A stretch of 63,792 nt of DNA, the filler included, from Pelomyxa schiedti (Eukaryota; Protista; Evosea): assembly GCA_020536535.1 (NCBI GenBank). It is 8 parts of 8 records of this genome, joined end to end, with 100 filler letters (N's around TTAATTAATTAA, not from the genome) between each part and the next. Parts side by side here need not be neighbours in the genome. Positions count along the whole stretch, not along the records: positions 41,774 to 53,491 come from JAHLWZ010000316.1; positions 53,592 to 54,968 come from JAHLWZ010002558.1; positions 55,069 to 58,016 come from JAHLWZ010001847.1; positions 58,117 to 59,252 come from JAHLWZ010002785.1; positions 59,353 to 62,577 come from JAHLWZ010001791.1; positions 62,678 to 63,792 come from JAHLWZ010002806.1; 2 more parts are not named here. One strand, 5' to 3'. This document shows positions 50,956-63,792 of this stretch, in pieces. Positions within the stretch are counted from its first letter, which is position 1, and each line of letters starts with the position of its first letter. Both the position numbers and the translations under genes were made by a program. The notes below the pieces were generated by a model that saw only the letters and a program-made list of their open reading frames with translations, searched no databases and was not told where the DNA came from.

Positions 50956-52205
50956 TGCCTTTTCCAATTGCCTTGGAGTCAATGCAGAGTTGGTCTGTGG
51001 GAACGTACCCAGAAATGGTGACTACGGGACTTCCAAAGAGTACACCAGCAGTAGCGGCATATCCATATCCATAACCACATGCAAATGCCCCAGGACGGGG
51101 GATGACATTTCTCCCAACAAAGTTGGATCCCAAACTCGCCGTGACGGAGGCTGCAGAAGAAAGTGGCTGCTGTTGAACCCCCTCAACCAAAGAAGAAGAA
51201 GACTGGTGGTGGTCATCATGAACAACAACAACATCAACTTGTGGATCCGGAATTGTAGGGGTAGTGGCGGTCGTGGCAGTAGTGGTTGCTGTTGTGGTTG
51301 CGTCAAAGTGCTGCTGTGGTGGTTCCTGTTGCTGGTGGTTTACGCGCGATTCGTAGCCACCATCATACTGTTGTTGTTGCTGCTGCTGCTGCTGTAAATC
51401 CATGCCCATATCAACAACAACATCTACTACAACGGGATCAACAACAATGGCAGGCAGGTGCTGGGGCGGCTGTGGCCCTGGCGGTGCTGGCGGCTGAGTG
51501 TACACTCCAGAGTGCTGCTGCTGCTGCATAGGCGGAGCGGGGGTGGTGACGAGGGCAGCGGGAGTGGTGGTGGTGGTGGTGTGTTGGTAGAAGCAGTAGC
51601 GCCAAGACCCCTGGCCGTCGTTGCTCTGGCTGTACCCCGTGTTCGAGCTCGTGCTCGTGCTCGTGCCCGTGCCTGCGCTGCTTGTTTCTGCCAGGCGGCG
51701 GGGCTGGGGAGCTGCTGCTGGTGCCGAGGCGGCGGAGGCGGGACCACGACCGCACGGCGGCAAGGAGCGAGATACGGAGCCGGCCTTGGCCTTGGCCTTG
51801 GCCCTCCTTGGAGCCCACGTGAGAGCCACAGCGCCCCATCGCGGGGGGTTGTCGCGGAAGAACTCGAACACGCCTCTGTCGTCGAAAACAAATTTGATTT
51901 GATGAGGGGAAGCTGTCCTCAGCATCTTGGTGCTGGGAGCAAGAAAGTTAATGTACGTGTACCCCAACAACCGGACGGCAATAATTCAAAAAAAAAAAAA
52001 AATAAAATAAAATAAAACAAAATAAAATAAAATAAACTGTTAGAGGTGGAGTGCGAGAGAGGGGATACGAGATAAGACAAAACACATACACGTGCTTTGA
52101 GCCGTCCCCGAAAATCAAATTCAGAAGAGACCGGATTTCGGCCACGGTCTCCGGTACTTCGATTTTCTCATCCGTAAACAGCTCCCACTCCGTGCCGCTC
52201 GTCAT
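50956..52205 (-). CDS. 5' part of another SHK-like kinase paralogue
   Basis: Homologous to about 46470-47658, ending in KAIGKG at the gap; upstream 52200-53360 is homologous to 47660-48780. Confidence 0.75.
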
Positions 52206-53618
52206 TTTTGTACTCCTTTTTTTCGTTGCGCGGTGTGTTGTTTCTTTTTTGTCGCGTCCCTCACCACCTCCTTTTTTTTTTCCCTTTTCGACTTTGCTTT
52301 TTTTTTTTTCCTTTTGAGGCCAAAGACTGAAATTACTGGTTTTCGTGAAGCCCTCGGTGCTACGAAGCGCTCTTTTCTCGTTTTTCTTTCTTTCTTTTCT
52401 TCTTTTTCGGTTTTTCTCATGTATTATGACCAAAACATCGCAGATACAAATTCTTGAAAGAGTGAGAGGGTAAAACCACATATCTCGAGAGAACACATTG
52501 CTCCCCCTTTGAGGATAACCCTCTTTAATGCTTATACACAGGCACAGTCTCCGCCGTGGAATCGGACGGACTGGCTTCAGAATTCCCTCAATGAGGCGTT
52601 AGTATCTTCAAGTTTCACTTTTCGAGGGCGAAGGAGGCTAAAATTACTGCTGGCTTTCGTGATGCCCTTGTGGTGCTACGAAGCACCCTTTTATAGATGC
52701 ATCAAGGTAGTCAGTCCTCCACTGCTATTAAAGAGGGGATAACCCTATTTTATAATGAAGAGTCGCCGCCGTGCACCGGTACACTTACTGGCTTTTTCAG
52801 AGAATTCACAGATGCATTGGTATCTTCAGTTTCTCTGTACACCCTGATAGCAGCGGCAACAGCGTACAAACCCCAGCCAACAACGCAACTGTGGCATGCT
52901 CTTTTCTTCACCAGTATACAAACAAACAAAACAAACAAACAAATTTACACAATGTTACTACTGGTTTTTTTTTGTTTTGGGAGTAATTTACAAAACGGAG
53001 GCAAGTCCTTTTTCTTCTTAGTTTATAACGGGGGTGCGAGAGTGGAATGCCTGGCCGTGACACTGTATTGTGAAGAGAGTCCCTACGGCACCTCTGTCTA
53101 AGAAAGAGTAAACGCAATCTTTGACAGGGGAATTCAAGGAGTTTCTCCCGTGATGGTGTGTGCATCTGTAATTGTGGAACTTTCTTTGTGGTTTGTTGTT
53201 GGAACGTTCCAAAACCAAGAGGATATATATATCCTCTTGGTTTTGCGCGTAAAAACTTGGAGCTTTACCTCAGTTCCTTCCTTTGCTCCTTCAATCTCCC
53301 CGGCAGTTTCTAAGTAACAACATTATTATGGATGGTGTAAAAAAGAGGTAACATACATTCATGCGTGCCCGCAGCGGAAATCAAAACTTTGTTGTCGAAT
53401 CCTATTGACTTGCTGGGGTTTAAATTGGCCTCATAGCAGAGGCTGCTCGTGAATATATAAAGGAAATCATTCCCGCGAGTGACTGTGATGTNNNNNNNNN
53501 NNNNNNNNNNNNNNNNNNNNNNNNNNNNNNNNNNNTTAATTAATTAANNNNNNNNNNNNNNNNNNNNNNNNNNNNNNNNNNNNNNNNNNNNGTTCCAAAA
53601 GAGTGAATCTTGTTTGTG

Positions 53619-54945
53619 TTATGGTCTCTGTTGAGAGAACAAAAGGGCTTGGATTTCAGGATCGTCATCAGGTAAGAATGTGCCATGCTCTTGTTGTACA
53701 AGTGTGTTGAAAGTTGTTGCTGTTGTTCTTGTTGTTGTGTTCTGTTGCCGCAGTTGTTGCAATAGTGGACGTTCCATGACTGCCCTTATTGCCATTTTGG
53801 AACGTGGGTGTGGTCCAAGGAGCATTCCAATGGACTGTTCATAATTTGGTTGTGGTTGTGTTGGGGTTGGGTGTAGGCTGCGATTGTTGGTGGGAAGAGG
53901 GAGGAGGAACTCTGTGCCTCGCTGTGGCCAGGGAGGGGGTATGAACATGGCTTCACTGTCATTCTTGTAGTTGCATTCCATGAGAAATAACTGGCTTGTA
54001 ATTGTGAACTTGCTGTTGTTGTCAATGCTGAGCAGCAGGCTTTTCTCGAGCACAACATCTGAGATTAAGATGGTGCAGCCGTTCCCAGTGTTCTGCTTCT
54101 CATGCAATAAAGCACAGGCGGTTCTCGCTACGTCAGATTGCACTGCTATGCGAACTCTCCAATGGAATCCAGGCAAGAAGCACGTGACATACTCAAATTG
54201 TGTGCCAGACAGTGATATCTCCCATCCATCTTCTTCATGTCTCATGTGTCGGGCATCTGGTTCAGCAGTGAACGAAAGAAAGAGTTCTTCTGTTGCATTG
54301 CTCAAGTCGTTGTTGAAGGACAAGAAGCAGAATCCTTGCAATGGAATTGTTGTCTTGTGATGATTGGCTGTTGGTGATTCTGCGAAGCGGAATTTCCTAA
54401 GAGTATAGAGGAAGGAATGTTGCAATTGGTGTGGTTGTATTGGGCAACAGCACAGAAGAGGGTGGAGTGTGAGAGGGTTTACATTGTTGAAAAACTGTCT
54501 GCACCTAGAAATATTCAGTAAGAACCTCTCTATGAGTGCACCAAAAGAGAAGAAGGAGACTCTGCCTTTCCCTTGCAACAGGTTCACAGACTATTCTCCA
54601 AGCAGTGCAGACGAACTCGCAATTAAACAGTGTGCAGTCTGGCAACAATTCCAGTATCCTCAGAATTAGTTTTCCTGGAATGGGAATGCAGTTGTGTCTG
54701 TCATGACATCCACCCTCACACAATAAATGGTCACAACGTTGGGCATTTCCACGGCAACAATGAGTAGCGCCACTGCAAAGGTTAAACGGAACCTCAGAAA
54801 CAGGCAGTTTGGTTTCAAAGCCAACACAAAGTGGACAGAAAGCAGAACAGAAATCCGAGCTTGGAGAGGTCAGGTGTTCAATTCCCATTCCCATGTCCGG
54901 TACGCTAAGCCAAGGCGAGTATGGCGTTGCAGTTTCTGACGGCAA
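53619..54945 (-). CDS. Intronless F-box protein, apparently frameshifted near 54550
   Basis: IPGKLILRILELLPDCTLFNCEFVCTAWRIV F-box motif; overlapping 146-aa and 322-aa ORFs in different frames. Confidence 0.6.
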
Positions 54946-55068
54946 TTGCTCACTTCCACCTGTATTTCNNNNNNNNNNNNNNNNNNNNNNNNNNNNNNNN
55001 NNNNNNNNNNNNTTAATTAATTAANNNNNNNNNNNNNNNNNNNNNNNNNNNNNNNNNNNNNNNNNNNN

Positions 55069-57200
55069 GAGTACTTTTCGAGTTGCCTCTGAAGTGGTGT
55101 TTTCCCTTTCACTGCCACCTTTCCCTCTGGCTTCTTCTTCCACTTGTCATGGCGATTTTCTGTCGTGAGTGTTTCGTAGCCTCTTCCTCTCAGATTGAGC
55201 TCTTCACCTGCCTTAAATGCCTTCTTGTTCCCACAAAACCCTGGTTTGAGCATTTTCACCCAAGGGTTTGTCTTGTCAACTTTAATAGTGATTAGAAATC
55301 GACCAGCAAGGTGGAATAACACATACATGCAGTATCAGTAAATACTTGGCTAGGGTGGTTTTACATCTTATGAAAAGATGCAGCAGAAATAATAAGTTCC
55401 AAAACCCAAAGTGAAGCTCCCTCTGGTTCCAGAGAGATCCGGCTCCCTCTGGTTCCAGGGATATCCCACACAGTCCTGGTTAGACAAAAAGTGGCAGTGG
55501 TGCCAATCTCGGGGTTGTGCAAGGGGTAAAACTGCCTTTCATCAGCAGAAAGGGTGGAGGTTCCAAATCCATGTGTGCCAGAAAATTTTCCAGATGGACA
55601 CAAATGTTATCAACAAAAAAAGAAGAAAATTCTTGGAGTTGAAGAAAAACCTGGAACAAAAAGTGGCAGGGGTGCCAATCTGCTTGTGTTTTATTGCAAG
55701 GGCTAGAAGATCCACTGTGAAGGAACCGAGCCGCTTCCTTCCTTTTTGTGTGATTCAGTAGAATACACAAGCAAACTCTCTGTGAGTGTGAGCACGAACA
55801 CCGAGACTGAGAGCTTAGTCAGCACTCGGACCTGACATCTTAGGAAATCAAGTTCGCAGAAATCTACCTGATTGTTCACCTCGATTTCAAGTCTTTTCGA
55901 GTCCTTATAAGCCCAACACACCCCGACCTTAGAATCACGACTGTTAACTTCTGTGGGCTCGAGAATAAGTCCCACAGAGGAAGAAAACGAGTGAGAGTGA
56001 AGAGAATAAAGAGGTTCTCTTGTTTGTTTGGTCGTTGTTGTGTAAAGGGGATAAAAAGGGAGTGTGTAAAATCTCGCAGAGCGGTTGTGCGATTGGGTTA
56101 AAAGGCTGCGATGTTCAAATGGATTCTCAGACAAGTGTGCATGTGATCAAAACCGCCTGCCGCGTTCTTATTGCTGTATTTGTGCGCCCAGCTGCACTGT
56201 GCGCTGATCATTACCTTCGCTGTCTCATTCTGGTAATAGTCCAGATTCGGCTCAGTCCTCAGTCTCTCCAATCCTGCTAAAGCGCGCCAGACTTCAGAGC
56301 CTCGCGAGCAAGGCCGAGTTCGTGTACTTTGTGGAAGTACACACAACCCAAACCTCATAAATCAAAACAAACAACAAAACAGAACAAATAATAGAATCCC
56401 TTTCTTGATCTTGTTCTTGTTCTCTGCTTTGCTGTCACACAACGAACTACACATCCCCACAGAAGCACACATTTTGTCCATCGGTGTAACCGCCCTGGAT
56501 GAGATAGCCCCTGGTTCCAGGGATATCCGAGGTGCCCTCGGGCTAGCTTTTCCTGTTTGCACTGTCACCGTTTGCTTGGTTCAGCACACCAGCCTTTTTT
56601 TCTGCTAAGAAGATCCACTGTGAAGGAACTGAGCCGCTTCCGGAACAGCTGTCTGATGGAAAGATTAACAAACTTGAAAAACGAAGTTATCAGCAATACA
56701 ACAGTTTTATGTTTTAATAATTCAATCCATAGAACTATTAGTAACAAAGCTTGCGCAAGGTGTAGAGATACTATGTTGGGTCAATTGTAATTTCCCGCGG
56801 TACATCAACTCAGAGATTGTAGGATCATTCCAATCTTGGTGATTTCGCCATGACTTTGACTCTCTGTATCAAAGACTTGGGAAATATTAGTAGTAGAATT
56901 GTAACAAGGAACTCTAGGTATGCCGGAAATTCAAAAGTTGATTGTAGTTTTAGAAAGATACAAATCTAATGTCACCACTTACTTGATTTGAGTTGTCATT
57001 TATTCTGAACCGGCGAATCAGTTTATCAAGCCTAAATGATTTTATATCGGTAAATTCGATTTCCCTGCAGGCACATTGCAGAACCCTTTTGGATGAGATT
57101 GTTAGTAACGGAATTCTATTGTAGAAAGCTCTGAATATACCAAGATTTGCCAACACTAACACTTGTTCTACGACCGCCCTGAGTGGAAAGACTCAAAGGC
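55069..57200. repeat. Decayed repeat family with internal direct repeats, related to the 59353-62577 scaffold
   Basis: 34-bp repeat 55705/56608, 18-bp 55449/56511, 26-bp 55484/55656; 28-bp match 55751 vs 62234. Confidence 0.55.
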
Positions 57201-57701
57201 TAGATGAGGCAAAAATTTCCAACCATAAGTGCAACCTATGGACACTGCGTTGCACAAGCCAGATCAATATATGGCAATTCCACACCTAGCAAGAAAGAAG
57301 CATCCAAAAGGGAAAAAAAAAAGAACATACCCACTACTCACTCACAGAACAACAAACAACCATTGTGCATTCCAGACAGGAATATGCCGCATCAATGACC
57401 CCAGTGAGTGAGCACCAAACAGAACATATGCACTCCGCTGTGTCAATCACCCTCATTACATATCAGCTTGCGATCCTCACAGCATAATCTATTGTTGCTG
57501 TGCTCCGAAAATTCCCTGCTAAGACGCGTTGAAAATATGAGAAAAAGAAAGAGCAATAACAAGCTACTACTATTAGTATTATGACTTGATAAGTTGAGCG
57601 CGTGGCCCCCAGCCAGGGTGAAAATAAATTGATCGTTCTCTTTTTGATTCTCAGAAGGGAACCCTACCCTAGTTCTTGCCGTCGTAAGGAAAATGGTGGA
57701 G

Positions 57702-58016
57702 CCCTCATCACCAACAGGGAGAGTATGTACTACAACACCAACAGGCAGGATGCGCGTGCACATATGGTACTGGATGTGTCACGTCTCGTGTGGGACATGG
57801 TCGTGTCCCGCGGTTGGCTCGACAGCACAACATCCGCCGACGACTACGATAACGGCCGAGAATGCTCTTGCGCATTGTCCGATGACGACGCGCACTCATC
57901 GTCATCGTCATCGTCGTCGTCGGGGGGTGGCGACGTGACACTGTTCAGGGTGGCCGAGGCAATGTTCCCGCTCGTGGCACTCGTGTCGAAGAGGGTGCTC
58001 AAAAACATCGCAACCA
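57702..58016 (+). CDS. Partial protein of the SRxVWD..FRVAEAxF expanded family
   Basis: VSRLVWDMVV..LFRVAEAMFPLV; the same motifs occur in 58117-58348. Confidence 0.6.
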
Positions 58017-58116
58017 NNNNNNNNNNNNNNNNNNNNNNNNNNNNNNNNNNNNNNNNNNNNTTAATTAATTAANNNNNNNNNNNNNNNNNNNNNNNNNNNN
58101 NNNNNNNNNNNNNNNN

Positions 58117-58348
58117 GGAAGGCGGCCTCGGCCACGCGGAACACGCACCCGGCCACGGCCTCGGGCAGGGCCTCGCCCCACGGCTGCGCCCCGCGCGCAG
58201 GGGCCAGCACCCACGGCACCACAACTTGCTCCCACAGCACACGCGACACCATGACGACGTGGCGACGGCTTACGATGAGGGCGGCACGCTGCTGCTGCTG
58301 CTGCCCCTCGTCGTCGCGGGGCTGCGTTGTTGCGGGTGCTGTGTCCAT
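58117..58348 (-). CDS. Partial protein of the same expanded family
   Basis: VSRVLWEQVV..VFRVAEAAF. Confidence 0.6.
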
Positions 58349-58504
58349 GATCTGTGTGTTTTTGTTTTAAAGATTTTCAAATAAAAAACAAACAGAGATT
58401 TCTCACAACAAACGTGGATAAGGGGCAGTGCGGGTTCACACAAAGTGGAATTGCCATAGAGAGTACATCTGTATAATACTTACATCAACTCTGAAATTGC
58501 CTTG

Positions 58505-59200
58505 TTACAAAAGGGAACAGGAGTTTGGTACGTCAGTCAGAGAACTACTATTAATAGGAGTAGGAGCAGGGTTGTTATTTTGAGGGATGAGCAGGCTGTC
58601 ATGAGCAGACTGGAGAGCGTGAAGTGTGGCAAGAAAGAACAACTTGTCAATGTTGTGACCTGTCTTGGCCGATGTCTCTATCCACACGTCTGCACCAATT
58701 GACTGTGCAATGTGCTGTCCTTCTTCACGTGTCACTTCCCTCTTGGAAAGGTCTGCTTTGTTCCCACACACAATAAGCTGTGTGGTTATTGGAATGAAGT
58801 GTGTTATTGGTATGTTAATTGGTCACCAATTGAGTACATTATGATGAGAGTATGAGGCGACTGTACTTGCCTGGGGAAGAAACCGCAATGAGCCTGAAGT
58901 GTCTTGGGTGTAGTAGCGTAAGAGAAATCTAAATAAATTGACAAAATGTACCCCAGACTAGAAGATGCACACTGTGACTTCTCAGCAGCAGATCCATTGC
59001 ATACCATTCAAACCCAACAGTGGGGGGCTGGTAATCCTGAAATTTGTGCGCGTTGTATACCTGGATGGCACTTGTCTTCCCCGCACCGTAACCATTGACA
59101 AGTACTACTTTCAGGGGTACTGTGCCAGAACTTGACACTGGGAGCTGGCCTTCAAATTCTCTGTCTGCTGCTCTCAGAATTTTAACATCAGGAAGGAATT
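58505..59200 (-). pseudogene. Degenerate Ras/Rab-family small GTPase
   Basis: KVVLVNGYGAGKTS, PTVG, GNKADL, ETSAK, CAAX CSLL*; G3 reads WDFSY and a stop/deletion follows IIMYSIGD. Confidence 0.75.
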
Positions 59201-59352
59201 CCCTGCAAGGTCACGTCGACATAGAGCAGTGTTGAAATAAATGTAAATTGACNNNNNNNNNNNNNNNNNNNNNNNNNNNNNNNNNNNNNNNNNNNNTTAA
59301 TTAATTAANNNNNNNNNNNNNNNNNNNNNNNNNNNNNNNNNNNNNNNNNNNN

Positions 59353-62300
59353 CATCTGGCAAGTGTTCTTATAAACGCGGGAATGCTAGATATGCAGTAT
59401 CGAAGCTTGGAAATCATCCAAAGCTATGTAGCATTAGTACCACTCTATTTATTCATTTCGGTTGTATTTATTGTTTATTGGCTTATCTTGTGTTATATTA
59501 AGCAGTTAATGCTACTTGGATAGCAAATTTCACTCCATGATATAGAAATTTTCGAAATAGTCATGGTGAACATTCTTTGAAGTGAGGAATACATACCCAA
59601 AGCTACGTATCAATTTCCACTCTCAGAATTGTCATAAAATCGGTTCCTCAACCCTAAATGATTTGTTAGTCAATTTGATTTTAAAAACAAAGATTACCTG
59701 AACCTATGTTTCACATTTCTGCACAGGGATTGCAGAACCCTCTGGATTATGTGACACCATCTGAGATATCGTTAGTAATGGAATTACTGTGTCACACTGC
59801 GTCAACCTTAGGGAAGGGTGCCCTCAGGAACACAGTAGTGAGGCGCCTTTATGGAAGCTCACTGACATCTCGTGATGTTATTGCTATCATGGCCAGGACT
59901 TGTCTGTCAGACCTCATTGTTAGTTGGCCTACAGGATGTGATAATGGGAAAAATGTGCACACTTTGTTCCCCTGTAGGATTACCCAGGGTGCTCCAACAT
60001 GGAAATTTTAGCTGCACTGAAAAAACAGTATTGGAATTGCTGAGATCGATGTGAACTGCATTGGAATTGCTGAAACAAACAGACATTTTCGCAGCAGGCC
60101 TTGGAGAGCCAAATTAGTTATTTGTTTTGGAGTGTAGGAAGGAACCTGTGGTGTTGAGGAGGTGGAGGAGGTTTCCCTTCTTGTCCACCCAATAAAAAAT
60201 ACTGGACTGCCTGCATCATCTCGTGATGGAGGCACAGCCTGAAAGATCTGTACACCAAAAGCCAGAATCTGTGAGCCAATATTCATATCATCTGGAGGCA
60301 CCAGAATCTTCTGCACAAAGTTAGTTTGGTATCTCTGAAGAGAATGGCGTTACCTTGCAAGAATGGCACTGCACACACAGGAAGCACCTAAAAGCATCCG
60401 AAATGCTAAAACTCCAGCAAGGAAGCCACAAATTGCATATGTTCGCCAAGCAAGGAAATTGCTTGGAATTCCATCGTTTTCAAATCAGACCTATTTCTTG
60501 AGTTACAAGAAAGCTCTGAGAGACTGAACATACCAATATTGCCAAGCACCCTGAAGCTCAGCAATGAGAGCACTGTGAGCAATCTAGCACTTGCTCTAGG
60601 ACCGCCATGAGCAAGAATATTCTGAGGCAGACCAACGAATCATTTTCAAGCATTTGTACAAGCTCTAGACACTGCCATGCACAAGGCAATACATACTCCT
60701 TTTCTATTGCACATACCTGGAAAACCAAATGCGCAACTCAGCAATAATGCTGCAAGGCAGATACTGTTCAAATCATTGGCAATGGCACCTAATGGTATCA
60801 GATTATGATACGAAGGATACAAGCAAACCTGATTTGCAGCAAAACACAAGAAGCACACCAGCACAGCTCACAGCATGCTAGAACATTCAAGCTGCACAAG
60901 CAAAGGAGCACTCAGCAACAACAATTGCAGCAACCTTTGCTACCTTCGCCATGAGTAAGGAATCATCTTATGGAAAATGGAACCATACCTAAGAACAATT
61001 CATGCTTGCAATTCATTCAAGCTGGAAGCTGGCAGTGCATATTTCAAGGAGATCATCCAGACCAATCACTACCATGAGCAGACAGCATCTCAACAACTGC
61101 AGAACGAATTGGCAAGTCAGCTTCAAAGTCACTTCAAGCCTGGAATTCAATCAGCCCAATTTCAGTCCCACAAGAGTCCCTTGTTCTGTCAGAAGTCAGA
61201 CGCAGAACAGCAACTATTCTTGACTTACCACCCAAAGGCTCTAGGCAAGCATGCACAGTACTTTCTGAGGTGCAGGAGACATAAGCATCAATCCTTATGA
61301 CACATCTGTATCTGAGTTAGCATGCTAGCTAGAATTTTATCACATACAAACCTGAAGGAATTTCTGTGCAATCAGGCAGCTTTCGCACAAGCATGTAATC
61401 AACAGCAACTCTACTCTGGCCGCCACAGCATTTTATGCACAGTGAATCATTGGTCCGATATACTAAAACTCTATCTGAGAAGTCCTTGACACTTGAAAGG
61501 CATCCAAGTCATTTGGCACTCAAGTATTCTCTGTGAGGCGAATTTTTGGTCATTGGTTAGCTTCAAGGCAAGGATATTTTGCAATACCTGATGCTGAGGG
61601 AATCAGCAGTACTTCCACAAGGATATTTTGCTGGAAGAATCAGCAATACTTCTGCTTTGCACATCATTTTGACATACCTATTCCACATTGTACTCCAATA
61701 CCCTGCAAATGACCCATATCCAATACAGCATAATCTTCATCACACAGCATTATGGACGTCCAATACCTGTATTCAATTAGACTCAAACATCATTCACTCA
61801 TGCATACTGAGGCATCAGAGTGAAATTCATGCATAGCATGGACCTGGGAAACAGCCAAAACCCCACAAGAGGTCTGTATACTTATGAGCCAGAATGTGCT
61901 ATTGCATGTTATTTCCAAATTAACATGGCACACATAAATTTGAAAAAAAAAAATGCACCATGGTACATTGGCACAAGGAGTACACAACCGCACTACCTGC
62001 ATCACAGAAAAACGAACAAGCACCTGAACACTGAACATCATCATCAAGCTACTACAACACATCACCATCCACTTCGTCATCCCAATGACAAAAACTCCAT
62101 GCAACACCGTACAACTGAACTGATACGACGAACGACGCACAGCGAACGAATGGAACGCCGTAGTGGCACCACTACTTTTCGTTTTCACTTTTTGAGAGAA
62201 GAACTCTGATCTCAAGAAGGAGGAGAGCGAGTTTGATTCAGTAGAATCCACAAGCAAACTCACACCTCAGGACTGCAAGTACTTTTCGACGCCGTGTAAG

Positions 62301-62370
62301 CCCCCGACGCACTCCACCCTCAGAATCAGGACTCAAAAACCCTCAGAAACCTCAATTTCTAATCTTTGAT
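59353..62370. repeat. Decayed CpG-poor element, no intact ORF
   Basis: Strong CA/TG bias, short ORFs only, short matches to 55751 and 57030-57115. Confidence 0.4.
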
Positions 62371-62677
62371 TCGATGAAACGAGCATCAGTGTCGATGATT
62401 GAGGCCGTTGCCCTCGCACGATCGCAGTTCGTTGCGTTTGCGTCCGCGTCGATTGCCAGGTGTGGTTGCCACAGCCCGGCCCGTTTTTTCCTTGTTGAGA
62501 ACCCCGCTTTGTTCGAGGAATTCGGTCGCCAGTGGGTCGTCGGCTGTGTGAGGAAAGTCGGATCCACGCTCTCTCTTNNNNNNNNNNNNNNNNNNNNNNN
62601 NNNNNNNNNNNNNNNNNNNNNTTAATTAATTAANNNNNNNNNNNNNNNNNNNNNNNNNNNNNNNNNNNNNNNNNNNN

Positions 62678-62858
62678 ACGACAGAATGACGCCAAAATTT
62701 GGGTTAGAAACCATGAACGTCTCGTTGAATTTCTTGGGTCTGACGGCCGACGCCGCGATTTCGATTTTGATTGGTGGTGAAACCACCTTTGATGATGCTG
62801 CTGATGCGCTCGCCGGTGGCGCCGCTGCAGCTGAGCCGACGTCGGCCGCGTCACCCAT
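62678..62858 (-). CDS. 5' end of a hypothetical gene
   Basis: ATG after an A-rich leader, GC-rich codons, open to the scaffold end. Confidence 0.45.
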
Positions 62859-63792
62859 TGTTTTTGTTTTTGATTTGTCGTGCCGTTGATCTTTCGACGA
62901 AAAAAGAATTCTTCGAAATGCTGATTTTATTTATTTAATTTGATCATAGCGTATAGCTTGATGCTGAAACCAATTACAAGAAAAAGACAAGTTAGCATGA
63001 ACCTCCATTGAGTACTCACTCTTTTAAATCACTGCATTCCTATTCCACAAGAATACATATATTTCTAGATTGAAACGAATACCTGTACCATGAAAAACTT
63101 ACAACGTAGAACATAAACCAAGAGACAAATACAAATAAACTGAAGTTACAAGTGAAATTAACTGTCGAACAAAACAATGCGTTTCAAAAATCCGCGGTGT
63201 CGCACTTAGCTATATTCACACGTGTATGGTCTCATTATTCCCACAATGGCTTGGTGAATTTTCTTACACGCGTAAACATCGCTGCACTATCGTGACGGAT
63301 TATTTGATTCCCTGAACCGAGCTTCTCTGATCATCACACTGGAAGGGGCCAACACCTGAGCCACATTGAATTGACGGGTGGCAGTACCCACGAGTATCAC
63401 GTGCCTGATCTGGCCCCAAATCAACAATGCATGGATCGAAGATGGCATTAATGCCCGGATCTGATGTCACTTGTAAAAAAAGAAGACAAAAAAGAAATAA
63501 AACCGACGGTGATACTGACTCTTGACCGTGATACGCGTTGTCAGATCTCAACTCGACACCCCCTTTGAGACTGATTGTTTGGGGTTTTTTTTGTTGCTGT
63601 GCCTGCTCTTGTTGTAATGCTTATTCTCACTCAGCATGCGGCTTACTACTTATTTCTCTGTGAAACAACCGAAGTATCAAGCTTTGGTGCAAAAGATAGA
63701 TGGTGAACAGCCCAAAGACATTAGCTCCGAAACGTGGAACCTTTTTCTGAGTAAAGGGGAGGAATTGGCCCTTCAAATCCAGCCCAATCCAA

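Noticed and set aside
59700-61560. Tyrosine recombinase or chromodomain remnants
   Set aside because: Only vague resemblance; catalytic motifs cannot be read

Overview
Eukaryotic (protist) draft-genome DNA with many short (about 25-110 nt) GT-AG introns. The window is eight scaffolds joined by artificial 100-bp N/TTAATTAATTAA/N linkers (21095, 41674, 53492, 54969, 58017, 59253, 62578), plus five internal N-gaps. The expanded HPRCG and SRxVWD..VAEAxF families resemble what I recall of the archamoeba Pelomyxa (inference only). Recognisable genes: RPA43, proteasome RPT5, a large GH13-like/GT5 glycogen synthase, DCP2, SEC3, ZRSR2/URP, an atypical thioredoxin, two F-box proteins, an LRAT/NC-domain protein, SHK-like kinase-SH2 paralogues, a VPS72 fragment, and decayed dynamin-like and Ras/Rab genes. 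The most unusual locus is 16.3-19.4 kb: four copies of a 68-bp structured repeat with pairing-preserving changes, a ~160-nt long-helix RNA candidate ending in T7, and an intact-triad piggyBac-family transposase with no clear TIR/TTAA ends or cysteine-rich domain. A second oddity is seven bulged-A stem-loops at 49.85-50.14 kb. All calls come from reading motifs by eye; no searches or folding were run.
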